From the NCBI GenBank assembly GCA_050008515.1, contig JBEKMM010000004.1, positions 83,343 through 147,342 on the forward strand: a DNA stretch of 64,000 nt. Reading direction: 5' to 3'. Under the pieces are notes generated by a model, which saw only the letters and a list, made by a program, of their open reading frames with translations, did not search any database and was not told where the DNA came from. Source of the DNA: Candidatus Limnocylindrales bacterium (GTDB taxonomy: Bacteria > Chloroflexota > Limnocylindria > Limnocylindrales > CSP1-4). Below are positions 45,161 through 55,184 of the stretch, piece after piece. The position numbers and the translations under genes are program-made. Position 1 is the first letter of the stretch, and every line of letters starts with the position of its first letter.

Positions 45161-46308
45161 ACCCGCTTCGCGTCGCCGCCGTCTTCCGCCGGATCGTGGC
45201 CCAGTTCCGCCGCGACCCGCGATCCCTGGCCCTTCTGTTCGTCGCGCCCGTGGCGATCATCGCTCTGCTGGCCTGGGTCCTGAGCAGCCAGCAGTCCACC
45301 GCGGCTCGCGTGGCCGTCCTCAACGAGTCGGCCAATCCCGCCGGTACTGCCGTTGCGACCCAGCTTGCGTCGGCGCTCGACGGTCAGGCCGGCATCGTGG
45401 TCGACCGATCGGTCGTCGACGACGCGACTGCCCGGCAGATGCTCAAGGACAAGAAGCTCAACCTGGTCGTCATCCTGCCCGCGGACTTCAGCGTCCAGAA
45501 CCGCAAGATCGAGCTGCTCACGCTGGGACTCAACCCCACGGGCGAAGCTTCGGTCATTCCGGCGGTCCAGAAGGCGCTGCTCGGCGCCGTTGCCGACAGC
45601 GCGGGCGCCGCGCTGCCGACGATCGAAAGGGCGACCGTCTACGGCTCGCCGGACGCCACCCAGCTCGACTCGCTCGCCCCGGTCGTGGTCGGCTTCTTCG
45701 CCTACTTCTTCGTCTTCATCCTGACCGGCATCAGCTTCCTGCGCGAACGAATCGGCGGGACGCTGGAGCGCCTGCTGGCGACCCCGGTCAGTCGGGCGGA
45801 GATCGTGCTCGGCTACAGCCTGGGCTTCGGCTTCTTCGCAACACTTCAGGTCGCCATCGTGATGGCCTTCGTCCTGGGCCGCCTGGACATCCCGGCGCTC
45901 GGGCCGGTCCCGGCATTCGCGATGGGCCTGGGCGTACGAACGATCGGCAATCCGTTGATCGCCTACCTGCTCGTGCTGGTCCTGGGGCTCGGCGCGGTCT
46001 CGCTCGGCATCTTCCTCTCGACCTTCGCGCGGACGGAGTTGCAGATACTCCAGTTCATCCCGATCGTGATCGTGCCGCAGGGCCTGCTCGGCGGGTTCTT
46101 CTGGCCGATCGAGCAGCTGCCCGACCTGCTCCAGCCCGTCGCCCGAATCTTGCCGGTCACATACGCCATCGACGGCCTGCGCCAGGTGATGATCGCGGGC
46201 GCCGACCTGACCTCGGGACAGGTGCTCCTGGACCTGGGCGTGCTCGTCGGAATCGCGGCCTTCTTCGTGGTCCTGGCGGCGGGCACGATCCGGCGGGAAG
46301 TGGCGTAG
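45157..46308 (+). CDS. ABC-2 family transporter permease
   Basis: Six TM helices with ABC-2 type topology. 4-nt overlap with the ATPase gene. Confidence 0.85.
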   Translation: MNPLRVAAVFRRIVAQFRRDPRSLALLFVAPVAIIALLAWVLSSQQSTAARVAVLNESANPAGTAVATQLASALDGQAGIVVDRSVVDDATARQMLKDKKLNLVVILPADFSVQNRKIELLTLGLNPTGEASVIPAVQKALLGAVADSAGAALPTIERATVYGSPDATQLDSLAPVVVGFFAYFFVFILTGISFLRERIGGTLERLLATPVSRAEIVLGYSLGFGFFATLQVAIVMAFVLGRLDIPALGPVPAFAMGLGVRTIGNPLIAYLLVLVLGLGAVSLGIFLSTFARTELQILQFIPIVIVPQGLLGGFFWPIEQLPDLLQPVARILPVTYAIDGLRQVMIAGADLTSGQVLLDLGVLVGIAAFFVVLAAGTIRREVA

Positions 46309-46618
46309 GGCCCGCGCGGACGGCGCCGCGCGGACGGCGCCACGCCACGTTAGGTGCATGCGTCCGGTGACTGCTAACGGCGCTTGCGGCTCCGCCACCT
46401 TGCGTTTATGCGTGGGGTGACTCGTATCGACGTTCGGCACATCTGGAGCGGGTCGGAGGGGGCTCTTGCCCCGCCCGAGACGTCTCGGCCACGCTCGGTT
46501 GGGCGCCCGGTCGCCGGATCGCAACGCCAGAAGAGGGCCCGCACCTGGATAGCAGTCATCGGGTGCATGAACATGAAGTCATGGGTGCGAGGCAGCGCCG
46601 CGGCGGCTCGCTCGGCCG

Positions 46619-48004
46619 CTAGACGGGCAGGCGGGCCCGGGCGCTCCGCAGCCGCGCGCCCAGGCCGTGGCGGCGCGGACCGGCGATGACCAGCGCCACG
46701 GACCAGGCCAGGAGCGAGGCCATGACCACGCCGTAGACCAGCCAGTAGTTGCCCAGGCGGTCGTAGGAGATGCTGCCGACGTTCATGACGATGATCCCGC
46801 CGGTCGGGTAGGCCACGGCGATGATTCCGAAGATCGCTCCGAAGTTGTGGCCCCCGAAGACGTCGGAGAACGCGGCCGACCGGATCGCGATCGTCGCCCC
46901 GATGCCGAAGCCGTAGAGCGTGTATCCGGCCGCGGCCAGGGCCGGCGTCGCGCCCGTTGAAGCGAAGATAGCCGTCGCCCCGCCGGCGATCATCGCGGCG
47001 CAGATGAGGCCGATGTAGCGCCGCCCGAATCGATCGGACAGTCCACCTCCCAGGACCTGGCCGACCACATACGCATAACAAGACACGGCCAGCAAGATGG
47101 CCGCGTAGTCCGCAGTCATGCCCTGCGCCACGACATGGCGCGGCGACATCTGGTAGATGCCCTCATCGATGCAACCGATGCCGACCGCTCCGACGAGCAG
47201 GATCAGGAAGCGGCGGGTCCGCAGCGTGCGCCGAAGGACGTCGGGCCGCGAGCGACTGCCGGGCGGGAGTGGCTCCTGGGACGCGGCGATCGCGCCGGGC
47301 GCCGAGGTCTCATGCAATCCCCTGCCCGTTTCGCCGCCCCGTGGCGCCGCCGCGCTCTTCGGCGCCGCGCCTGCCGCCGTCCCGCTCGGTCCGTGGCGCG
47401 AGCCCCGCGCCGGGAAGATCACCGCCGCCCCGGTCGTCATGAGCCACACGAACGGAACGGCGAGGAGCGACATCGCCGCGAACACGAGGGCCATCGAGCG
47501 CCAGCCCAACTCCGGAATGGCGCCGGCCGCCAGCGGCAGGATGACGGCCACGCCGATCCCCGGACCCGCGTACGCCACACCGAGCGCGAGCCCCGCCACG
47601 CCGGCATAGCGGCGGGCGACTGCGGTCGTGGTCCCGACGAAGGTCAGCTGCAGCCCCAGGGCCAGGAAGACGCCATACGCGGCGACGAGGAGGGCAACGT
47701 CCGAAGCCACGGACGCAACCACCCAGCCGAGGGCGATCAACAGGACTCCGACCGTGAGCAAGAGCCGGTCCCCGAAGACATCGAAGGCGCGGCCAAGGAG
47801 CGGTGAGGCCAGGGCCGAGACCACCAGGAACATCGTCCAGGGCATCTGGCCGAGCTCGCGCGAGACATGGAAGGTGGTCTCGAACTCGGGTGCCAGCAGC
47901 GGGAAGCAGTACAGGGGCGCATAGGCGATCGCCCCCACGACGAAGGCCCCGAGGACGGGCAGGCTGCGGATCGCGTCCCTCCGCGGGGAGCTCAGGCTGG
48001 GCAC
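46619..48004 (-). CDS. MFS transporter
   Basis: Twelve TM helices and MFS signature-like loops. Confidence 0.85.
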   Translation of the reverse strand: MPSLSSPRRDAIRSLPVLGAFVVGAIAYAPLYCFPLLAPEFETTFHVSRELGQMPWTMFLVVSALASPLLGRAFDVFGDRLLLTVGVLLIALGWVVASVASDVALLVAAYGVFLALGLQLTFVGTTTAVARRYAGVAGLALGVAYAGPGIGVAVILPLAAGAIPELGWRSMALVFAAMSLLAVPFVWLMTTGAAVIFPARGSRHGPSGTAAGAAPKSAAAPRGGETGRGLHETSAPGAIAASQEPLPPGSRSRPDVLRRTLRTRRFLILLVGAVGIGCIDEGIYQMSPRHVVAQGMTADYAAILLAVSCYAYVVGQVLGGGLSDRFGRRYIGLICAAMIAGGATAIFASTGATPALAAAGYTLYGFGIGATIAIRSAAFSDVFGGHNFGAIFGIIAVAYPTGGIIVMNVGSISYDRLGNYWLVYGVVMASLLAWSVALVIAGPRRHGLGARLRSARARLPV

Positions 48005-48139
48005 CGCTTCATCGTACGAGGTGCCCGCACCGAGCGCAGCACTCCGCCTGCCACGGCCCTGACCGATCGGTCAGATGGCCGACGGTGAGCCGGCCGGCGG
48101 TCGCCCGAGCGACCCGGGCGACCAATCGGTTCTCCGGGT

Positions 48140-48826
48140 CTAGCTCTCGGTCGAAGGCTTCGCCTCGGCATCCGCCGGAGCAGCCTCGGCAGCCGGCTCT
48201 TCGGCCGGTGCGACAACAGGCTCCTCGACGACGTGCGGCGCGACCACCTTGACCACGATCTCGTCGAGGTCCGCCAGCAACGTCACGCCGGCGGGCAGAG
48301 TGAGATCGCGCACGTGGAGGGCGTCGTCGATCTCCGTGAGCGAGTCGATCGGGACCTCGAATGATTCCGGCAGCTTCTCGGGCAGCGCCCGCACGCGGAC
48401 GTGACTCAGGTTGTGCAGGAGCATGCCGCCCAGGCGGGCGACGGCGTGCGACTCGCCGACCGTGTGCACCGGGATCTCGACGGTGACTTCCTCGCCCGAC
48501 TTGAGGGCGAAGAGATCGACGTGGAGCAGCTGGCGATGGCGCGGGTCGATCTGGATGCCGTGGACCAGGACGCGCCTCTCGTCCTTGCCGTCGATCACGA
48601 GCGAGACGATCGAGTTCGAATGGATGGTCCGGCGCAGGTGATCGAACTCGTGCGCGTCGAGCGTGACGGGGATCGACTCCAGACCGTGGCCGAAGACCAC
48701 GGCGGGGATCTTGCCGGCCTTGCGCAGGTGCGCGACCGCCTTGCCGGTTTCGGCCCGGCTGGTGGCGGTCAGGACTGTCGGGGTGGCGCTCACTGGCTGG
48801 ATCCTCCTGCGCGGTTCGATCGACAC
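48140..48826 (-). CDS. rplY: 50S ribosomal protein L25 / general stress protein Ctc
   Basis: AGKIPAVVFGHG...IHSNSIVSLVIDG...VHGIQIDP, typical of L25/Ctc, with an acidic C-terminal tail. Exact start uncertain (MSIEP or internal GTG). Confidence 0.85.
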   Translation of the reverse strand: MSIEPRRRIQPVSATPTVLTATSRAETGKAVAHLRKAGKIPAVVFGHGLESIPVTLDAHEFDHLRRTIHSNSIVSLVIDGKDERRVLVHGIQIDPRHRQLLHVDLFALKSGEEVTVEIPVHTVGESHAVARLGGMLLHNLSHVRVRALPEKLPESFEVPIDSLTEIDDALHVRDLTLPAGVTLLADLDEIVVKVVAPHVVEEPVVAPAEEPAAEAAPADAEAKPSTES

Positions 48827-49123
48827 GCGGCCGAACGAACCGGTCGCGAGGGTTTGGTCTGTTTGTGTCGCGGCGGAGCGCGACTTCGACTGCGGAGCCT
48901 ACCACGCGCGGGCGCCCGGATCGATTCACCCGCGCGCGAGGCGTCGACGGATCCCCGATCTGGCAGAGCCGACGGCCGCCAGGGCCCGCAACACTGGCTG
49001 TTTCGCCCGTCCCCAAGCCAAACTGGCCCCGGGCGTGGGAAACTGTGCAGTGCTCGACGCCGAGCCGGCCCGCCACCACAGCCGGTACCGTGTCGCGGTC
49101 AACCGTGGGAGAGCATCCGGGGC

Positions 49124-49906
49124 ATGACCAACGTTCTCGTCAGCCTGGCAGCCGTCATGGCCATCCTCGTCGGACAGGCCGCCGCCCCAGCGCGCTCCAC
49201 GTACAACTACAACCTGTACGACCGCCGGGCGATCCGCTATCAGAACCCGGACCTGACCGCCTGCACGGCCGCGATGACGATGTCCATGCTCAACACCATC
49301 TACTACACCTCGACCCAGCCTCTGTCCGCGAAGACTGCGGTCCAGGCAGCCCAGCCGAGCTTCAGGTGGAGCCCGACTCTCTCGGGCAAGAGCCAGACGG
49401 CGATCCTGCGCTATGAGCGGTCGCACATGACCATGTCCCTGGCCACGCCCGGCTCGGACGCGCATGGCTGGCGCAACGCCCTCAACTACTACGGCTGGGG
49501 CAGCATCACCGCCGGCGTCTACAGGGACCTCTCGTACAGGACGTTCGACCAGGCGGCCAAAGCCACGGTTCGAGAGATCGCGCTGACAAACGAACCCGTC
49601 GGAATCCTGTCGGAGTTCGGCAGCCACGCCGCGATTGCGACCGGCTACTCGGTCACCGGTGCGGATCCGCGGACCGGCTCGCTGGACTTCACGGTCAACG
49701 GCGTGTACCTCACCGATCCACTCCGCGAACGACACGTCGCCGACGACTACGTCACGTACCAGGTATGGAAGTCCGGGCCGCCCCTGATCCGCTTCTTCCC
49801 ATTCATGCAGACCGACTCCGTCTTCAAGGATTCGATCGACGGCCAGGTCGGCCGGCGCGAGTGGTGGCGCAAGTTCGTGATCGTCGCGCCGGTGCTGCCC
49901 AAGTGA
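49124..49906 (+). CDS. secreted hypothetical protein, possible papain-like (C39-like) cysteine peptidase fold
   Basis: Signal peptide MTNVLVSLAAVMAILVGQAAAPA. Candidate catalytic Cys in LTACTAAMTMSMLN and His in GSHAAIATGY. Assignment tentative. Confidence 0.5.
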   Translation: MTNVLVSLAAVMAILVGQAAAPARSTYNYNLYDRRAIRYQNPDLTACTAAMTMSMLNTIYYTSTQPLSAKTAVQAAQPSFRWSPTLSGKSQTAILRYERSHMTMSLATPGSDAHGWRNALNYYGWGSITAGVYRDLSYRTFDQAAKATVREIALTNEPVGILSEFGSHAAIATGYSVTGADPRTGSLDFTVNGVYLTDPLRERHVADDYVTYQVWKSGPPLIRFFPFMQTDSVFKDSIDGQVGRREWWRKFVIVAPVLPK

Positions 49907-49963
49907 GCCCGGCGGTCGCCCCCGCGGCGATCCGCACCTGGCGCGGGGTGTAGATTCCGGCCC

Positions 49964-50662
49964 GTGGCTGCCACCATCCTGATCGTCGAGGACGAATACG
50001 CCGTCGCTCGCGGGATCCAGTACGCGCTCCAGCAGGAGGGCTATCAAGTCGCGGTGGCGCGTTCGGGCGAAGAGGGGCTCGAGGTCGCCATGCGCGAGGC
50101 GCCCGATCTGGTCGTCCTGGACGTCCGCCTGCCCGGCATCGACGGCTTCGAGGTCCTGCGCCGGATGAGGATGGGCGGGAGCAAGGCGCCGGTGCTGATC
50201 CTCACGGCGCGCGACGAGGAGATGGACAAGGTCATCGGCCTGGAGCTCGGCGCGGACGACTACGTCACCAAGCCCTTCGGCCTGCGCGAGCTGATGAGCC
50301 GCATCAAGGCACTACTGCGCCGGGCCTACGGCGACCTGTCCGATGCGGGCGGGGGACGGATGCTGCGCCACGGCGATCTGCTGATCGACCTGGAGCGGCG
50401 GCGCGTCCAGCGCGGCGAACGGCGCATCGGCCTGACGGCCACCGAGTTCGAGATCCTGCGCCACCTCGCCAGCCGCCCCGGGCGGGTCTACTCGCGACGC
50501 GAGCTGCTCGAGCTGATCCGCGACTATGAAGCGCTGGACCAGGACGAGAAGACGATCAACGTCCACATCAGCCACCTGCGCGAGAAGCTCGAGGACGACC
50601 CATCCAGCCCCAAGTTCGTGCTAACGGTGCGGGGCGCGGGGTACGCCTTCGCTGAGCGCTGA
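49964..50662 (+). CDS. OmpR-family response regulator
   Basis: REC domain (ILIVEDE...LVVLDVRLPGIDG) plus a winged-helix trans_reg_C domain. GTG start. Confidence 0.9.
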   Translation: MAATILIVEDEYAVARGIQYALQQEGYQVAVARSGEEGLEVAMREAPDLVVLDVRLPGIDGFEVLRRMRMGGSKAPVLILTARDEEMDKVIGLELGADDYVTKPFGLRELMSRIKALLRRAYGDLSDAGGGRMLRHGDLLIDLERRRVQRGERRIGLTATEFEILRHLASRPGRVYSRRELLELIRDYEALDQDEKTINVHISHLREKLEDDPSSPKFVLTVRGAGYAFAER

Positions 50663-50672
50663 GGCCAACGTC

Positions 50673-52457
50673 ATGAGCCCGGAGAGACCGATCGGGCCGA
50701 CCGTGGAGTCGCCGGCGCCCGAATCGTCGGGCAACGGCATAACTGACGACGGCACCGCCGGCGTCACCCCCAGGGGCAGGCGATCGATTCGCATCCATGT
50801 GCCGCTGCCCCGCACCTTCCAGGGTCGCCTGTCGCTCGCGTTCGTCGCGGTCTTCGCCCTGGCCGTCGGGATCGTGTCGGGCGTGACGGTCTTCGTCCTG
50901 GACCGCGACCTGCGCCAGCAGGACCAGGCCACTCTCGAGGCCCGCGCAAAGGCGGTCGCGGCGGTGCTGCGTGTCCAGGCGGAAGACATCGCCGCCCGGG
51001 ACCCCCAGGATCAGACCGTCGTGTCGGCCGCTGGAGTGCTCAACGACGACGTCCGATCGGTCTTCGAGAGCACGCTCCCCGATTACGCCAACACGGTGGC
51101 CCTGGCCGATCTGCGAGTGCGTTTCGGGTTCGGATCCGAGACTTCCACGGGCACCTTCTTCATTCCCGCAAGCGAGCCATCCACCTTCACCGCCCAGCTG
51201 ACGAGCAAGCCCGGGCGCGGGCAGACGCGCGATGCGATCAGCTACACCGAGGTCTTCAGGTTCGCCGACACCACCGGCGTGAGGCCGACCTGGTACCTGG
51301 AGGTCAGCCTCTCGGCGCCGTACTCGACTCGCGAGAGCACGATCGCGGCGGTGGTTGGGTTTCTGACCCTGTCCGCGATCGGCGCGCTGGTCCTCGCGGT
51401 CGTCGTCTCCTCCCTCCTGGCCCGGCGATTCACGGCGCCGTTGCGGCGGCTCACCGAGGCGGCTCGAGCGCTCGCCGACGGCGACCTCGACCGGCGCGTG
51501 CCGGCCGACAGAGCCCGAACCGGCGCCACCGAGATCACCGAGCTGTCGCGCCAGTTCAACGCCATGGCGGCCCAGGTCCAGGAGACGATGGACGTCATCG
51601 TCCGCGACCGCGACCGCAGTCGCGAGTTCCTGGCCGATGTCTCTCACGAGCTGCGCACCCCGCTGGCGGCCCTCCGAACCTTCAACGAGCTTCTCCGCGA
51701 GAAGGCCGGCGAGGACCCGGCCGCCCGGACCGAATTTCTCGAATCGAGCGCTCAGCAGCTCGAGCGACTCGACTGGCTGGCCCAGAACCTGCTCGAGCTG
51801 TCCAAGCTCGACTCCGGTCTGGTGCGCCTCGACCTGCGGCCCGACGACCTGCGCGCGACCGTCCTCTCGGCGACGGAGCAGGCCGAAGCCGCCGCCCGCC
51901 GGCGCGGCGTCAGCCTCACCACAGAGCTGCCCGACGGGACGCTCATCGTCCGTCACGATCCGCCGCGCATCGGCCAGGTCGTGAGCAACCTCGTCGGCAA
52001 CGCCCTCAAGTTCACTCCGCGCGGCGGGTCCGTCACCCTCAAGCTCTCCCCGCATCGCGGCGGCGGCGCCCGGATCCAGGTCATCGACACCGGCGTCGGC
52101 ATCGACGCGGCGGAGCTGCCCCACATCTTCGACCGCTTCTACCGCGGATCGCGCTCCAGCGAGGCGCGCAGCAGCGGCAGCGGACTCGGATTGGCGATCG
52201 TGCGCTCGATCGTGGAGATGCACGGTGGCCGGATCGGCGTCGAGAGCCGGGTTGGGTCGGGGTCCACGTTCACGGTCACTCTCCCGGCGGACCCGCGCAT
52301 GCCGGCGGAACGTGCCGCGGCGGCGATCCCCGAGGGAGTGGCCAAAGGCGCGTCGAAGGGCGCCGTCAAAGGCGGGGCAGGAGCCGAATCGGCCGCGGCA
52401 ACCACTTCCGCGGCCCCCAGGGCCGCCGCGCCGAAGTCATCCGCACGCGGCGAATAG
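50673..52457 (+). CDS. sensor histidine kinase (TM-HAMP-HisKA-HATPase_c)
   Basis: EFLADVSHELRTPLAAL (H-box), N/G-box motifs. 10 nt downstream of the response regulator. Confidence 0.9.
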   Translation: MSPERPIGPTVESPAPESSGNGITDDGTAGVTPRGRRSIRIHVPLPRTFQGRLSLAFVAVFALAVGIVSGVTVFVLDRDLRQQDQATLEARAKAVAAVLRVQAEDIAARDPQDQTVVSAAGVLNDDVRSVFESTLPDYANTVALADLRVRFGFGSETSTGTFFIPASEPSTFTAQLTSKPGRGQTRDAISYTEVFRFADTTGVRPTWYLEVSLSAPYSTRESTIAAVVGFLTLSAIGALVLAVVVSSLLARRFTAPLRRLTEAARALADGDLDRRVPADRARTGATEITELSRQFNAMAAQVQETMDVIVRDRDRSREFLADVSHELRTPLAALRTFNELLREKAGEDPAARTEFLESSAQQLERLDWLAQNLLELSKLDSGLVRLDLRPDDLRATVLSATEQAEAAARRRGVSLTTELPDGTLIVRHDPPRIGQVVSNLVGNALKFTPRGGSVTLKLSPHRGGGARIQVIDTGVGIDAAELPHIFDRFYRGSRSSEARSSGSGLGLAIVRSIVEMHGGRIGVESRVGSGSTFTVTLPADPRMPAERAAAAIPEGVAKGASKGAVKGGAGAESAAATTSAAPRAAAPKSSARGE

Positions 52458-52620
52458 GTGGCGGATTCTTCACCGTCCCCAGGCTGGAACGTGAATCGCG
52501 GCGGCGCATGCTGACGATCGTCCCGTGGGCTGCCCGCGGCGTCTGCCGTTGGGCGCGATTCTCCGCCGTTCCGTAGCATTCCCCCGGCCACCCACCGTTG
52601 CCAGGATTTCGAAGCCCCAG

Positions 52621-53883
52621 ATGACGGAAGCCAACCACTACGAGCCGGTGCCCGAGCAGCGTCCCCACTGGCAGGCCGGTCTCCAGCCCGACGGGTCGAC
52701 TCCCGAGCGGTGGTTCGAGCCGGCAGCGGCCGTCGCGCCCCAGGCGGAGCAACGCGTCGCCCCAAGCCGGGGCTTGATCGGGGCCCTCCTGGCAACTTCC
52801 CTGGTTGGCGCGGTCCTGGGCGGTGGCGGGACCTTCCTGGCGCTCCGGGAAACGGGAATCCTGGACGCCCCGGTCGCGACCGCGACCCCAGGAGGCGGGA
52901 TTCACGTCTCCGTCCAGTCCGAGTCGAGCGCCATCATCCAGGCCGTGGCGAATGTCGGGCCCTCGGTCGTCACCATCGTCGCCCGGCAGGCGACCGGTGA
53001 GATCACCGGCTCGGGCATCGTCTACGACGCCTCCGGCTGGGTCCTCACCAACAAGCACGTCGTGGCCAGCGCAACCGGCATCGACGTTCGCCTCAAGGAC
53101 GGCCGCGACTTCCAGGGCACCCTCTACGGAGTGGACACGCTGACGGATCTCGCGATCGTAAAGATCGACGGTGCGCGCGGCCTCTCGCCCGCCCCGATCG
53201 GGACCTCGTCCGGTCTGCAGGTGGGCCAGCTGGCGATCGCGATCGGCAGCCCGCTCGGCGTCGACTACCCCGACAGCGTCACGACCGGCATCGTGTCGGC
53301 GCTGGGCCGCGACGTCACCGTCACCAGCGACACGGGCCTCTCGGGCGGAACGAACCTTCACGGCCTGATCCAGACCGACGCCGCGATCAACGCCGGCAAC
53401 AGCGGCGGCCCACTCGTGGACGGCTCCGGGCGGGTGGTCGGCGTCACGACGACTCTGGCCGACACGGCTCAGGGGATCGGCTTCGCCATCCCGATCGACA
53501 TCGCCAAGCCGATCATGCAGCAGGCCCTGGCCGGAACGAAGCTCTCGCGGCCGTTCATCGGCATCAGCTACATCGCCCTCAACGCAGGGCTCGCCGCGAA
53601 GGACAACCTGTCCCTGGACCACGGCGCGTGGGTCCACAAGGAGGACGCTGACGGCAACTCGGTCGAAGCCGTTGTGGCGGACGGGCCGGCAGCCCAGGCA
53701 GGCATCAAGACCGGCGACATCATCACCGCGATGGAGGGGCAGCAGATCGACGCGACCCATCCGCTCGAGGACACGCTCGTGCAGTTCGCCCCCGGCCGGA
53801 CCATAAGCATCGAGCTGTTCCGCGGCGGCCAGTACCTGACCGTCCGCGTCACCCTCGGCACGCGCCCGACGGCAGCTGCCTGA
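52621..53883 (+). CDS. HtrA/DegP-family serine protease with PDZ domain
   Basis: Catalytic triad context (TNKHVV, D, GNSGGPLV) plus a C-terminal PDZ domain. Confidence 0.9.
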   Translation: MTEANHYEPVPEQRPHWQAGLQPDGSTPERWFEPAAAVAPQAEQRVAPSRGLIGALLATSLVGAVLGGGGTFLALRETGILDAPVATATPGGGIHVSVQSESSAIIQAVANVGPSVVTIVARQATGEITGSGIVYDASGWVLTNKHVVASATGIDVRLKDGRDFQGTLYGVDTLTDLAIVKIDGARGLSPAPIGTSSGLQVGQLAIAIGSPLGVDYPDSVTTGIVSALGRDVTVTSDTGLSGGTNLHGLIQTDAAINAGNSGGPLVDGSGRVVGVTTTLADTAQGIGFAIPIDIAKPIMQQALAGTKLSRPFIGISYIALNAGLAAKDNLSLDHGAWVHKEDADGNSVEAVVADGPAAQAGIKTGDIITAMEGQQIDATHPLEDTLVQFAPGRTISIELFRGGQYLTVRVTLGTRPTAAA

Positions 53884-53916
53884 GCCGACCGCCGGTTGGC
53901 GGCGATCCCGGCGTCG

Positions 53917-54291
53917 CTATCGCTCGCGGCGGCGGGTGATCTCGACGGAGGCGTGGTCGAGCTGGCCGGGCAGCGGGGCTTCCGGCTTGCGGATGCGCAC
54001 CACGACCTCGGTTGTGCCCGCGGCAGCCGAACGCGCGAGCACGGCCTCCGCGATCGACTCGGCCAGGGTTTCGATGAGCTGGCGGCTCGGGCCCTCCACG
54101 ATGGAACGGCAGATCTCGAAGACGTCGCGGTAGTCGACGGTCTGGGACAGGTCGTCGGCAAGGCCCGCCGGCCGGGTGTCGAGGTGCATCTCCACGTCGA
54201 CCTCGAACGGCTGAGCCTCCGCGCGCTCCGCCGCGTCGACGCCGTGGCGGCCCTGGAAGACCATGTTCGAGAGCACGATCCGGTCGGTCAT
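53917..54291 (-). CDS. folB: dihydroneopterin aldolase
   Basis: 124 aa. MTDRIVLSNMVFQGRHGVDAAERAEAQPFEVDVEM matches the FolB family. ATGA overlap with folP. Confidence 0.85.
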   Translation of the reverse strand: MTDRIVLSNMVFQGRHGVDAAERAEAQPFEVDVEMHLDTRPAGLADDLSQTVDYRDVFEICRSIVEGPSRQLIETLAESIAEAVLARSAAAGTTEVVVRIRKPEAPLPGQLDHASVEITRRRER

Positions 54292-55184
54292 ATGACGACT
54301 CCTCGGACTATGGCGTCGCTCATTCGGGCGGCCCGAACGTTGGGCAGGACGTCGTGGACACGGACGATGTCGACTCCGGCGGCGATCCCGAGAGCGGTCG
54401 TAGCCAGGGTCGCCTCGAGGCGCTCCTCGGGCGGAACTCCACCCAGGACGCGGCCCAGGGTCGACTTGCGCGAGGTGCCCAAAAGGACGGGGAAGCCCAG
54501 CTCGCGCAGCTCGCGAAGGTGGCGCATGAGCTCGAGATTGTGCTCGGGCGTCTTGCCGAAGCCGAAGCCCGGGTCGACGATCAGGTTTCCGCGCGGGACG
54601 CCGACTGACTGCGCCCGATCCAGGGCGGCTCGCAGGTCGGCGAAGAACTCGGCCACGAAGTCGACGTAGTGGGCGACCTCGCGGTTGTGCATGATGACGA
54701 GCGGCACCTGCCGCTCTCCGGCGAGGCGGGCCATAGCGTCGTCGCGGCCCACGCCCCAGACGTCGTTGAGGAGCACCGCCCCCGCGTCCAGGGCGGCGGC
54801 AGCGACCCCGGCCTTGGTGGTGTCGACGCTGATCGGGACCTTCGGCAGCTCGGCGTGGATCGCGGCGATGACCGGCAGGACGCGACCGACTTCCTCGGCC
54901 GCGGAGACCGGCTCGTGGCCCGGGCGCGTGGACTCGCCGCCGACGTCGAGGATGTCGGCGCCCTCCTCGACCATGCGCCGGGCCTGGATGACCGCGGCTT
55001 CGACGGCGGCGCCGCCGCGGCCGGCGACAGTGGCCAGCAACCCGTCGCCGGAAAAGGAATCGGGCGTGACGTTGACGATCCCCATGACGTAGGTGCGGCT
55101 GCCCCACTCGAAGACGCGCGGCCCGATTCGGGTCGGGGGCAGCGGCGCGGGGGCGGTCATCGCGCCGCTCATCTGGGAGCTCAT
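54288..55184 (-). CDS. folP: dihydropteroate synthase
   Basis: VMGIVNVTPDSFSGDG, ADILDVGGESTRPG, ISVDT, GFGFGKT. The track ORF extends upstream, but only the C-terminal 298 aa look like real protein. Confidence 0.9.
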   Translation of the reverse strand: MSSQMSGAMTAPAPLPPTRIGPRVFEWGSRTYVMGIVNVTPDSFSGDGLLATVAGRGGAAVEAAVIQARRMVEEGADILDVGGESTRPGHEPVSAAEEVGRVLPVIAAIHAELPKVPISVDTTKAGVAAAALDAGAVLLNDVWGVGRDDAMARLAGERQVPLVIMHNREVAHYVDFVAEFFADLRAALDRAQSVGVPRGNLIVDPGFGFGKTPEHNLELMRHLRELRELGFPVLLGTSRKSTLGRVLGGVPPEERLEATLATTALGIAAGVDIVRVHDVLPNVRAARMSDAIVRGVVI

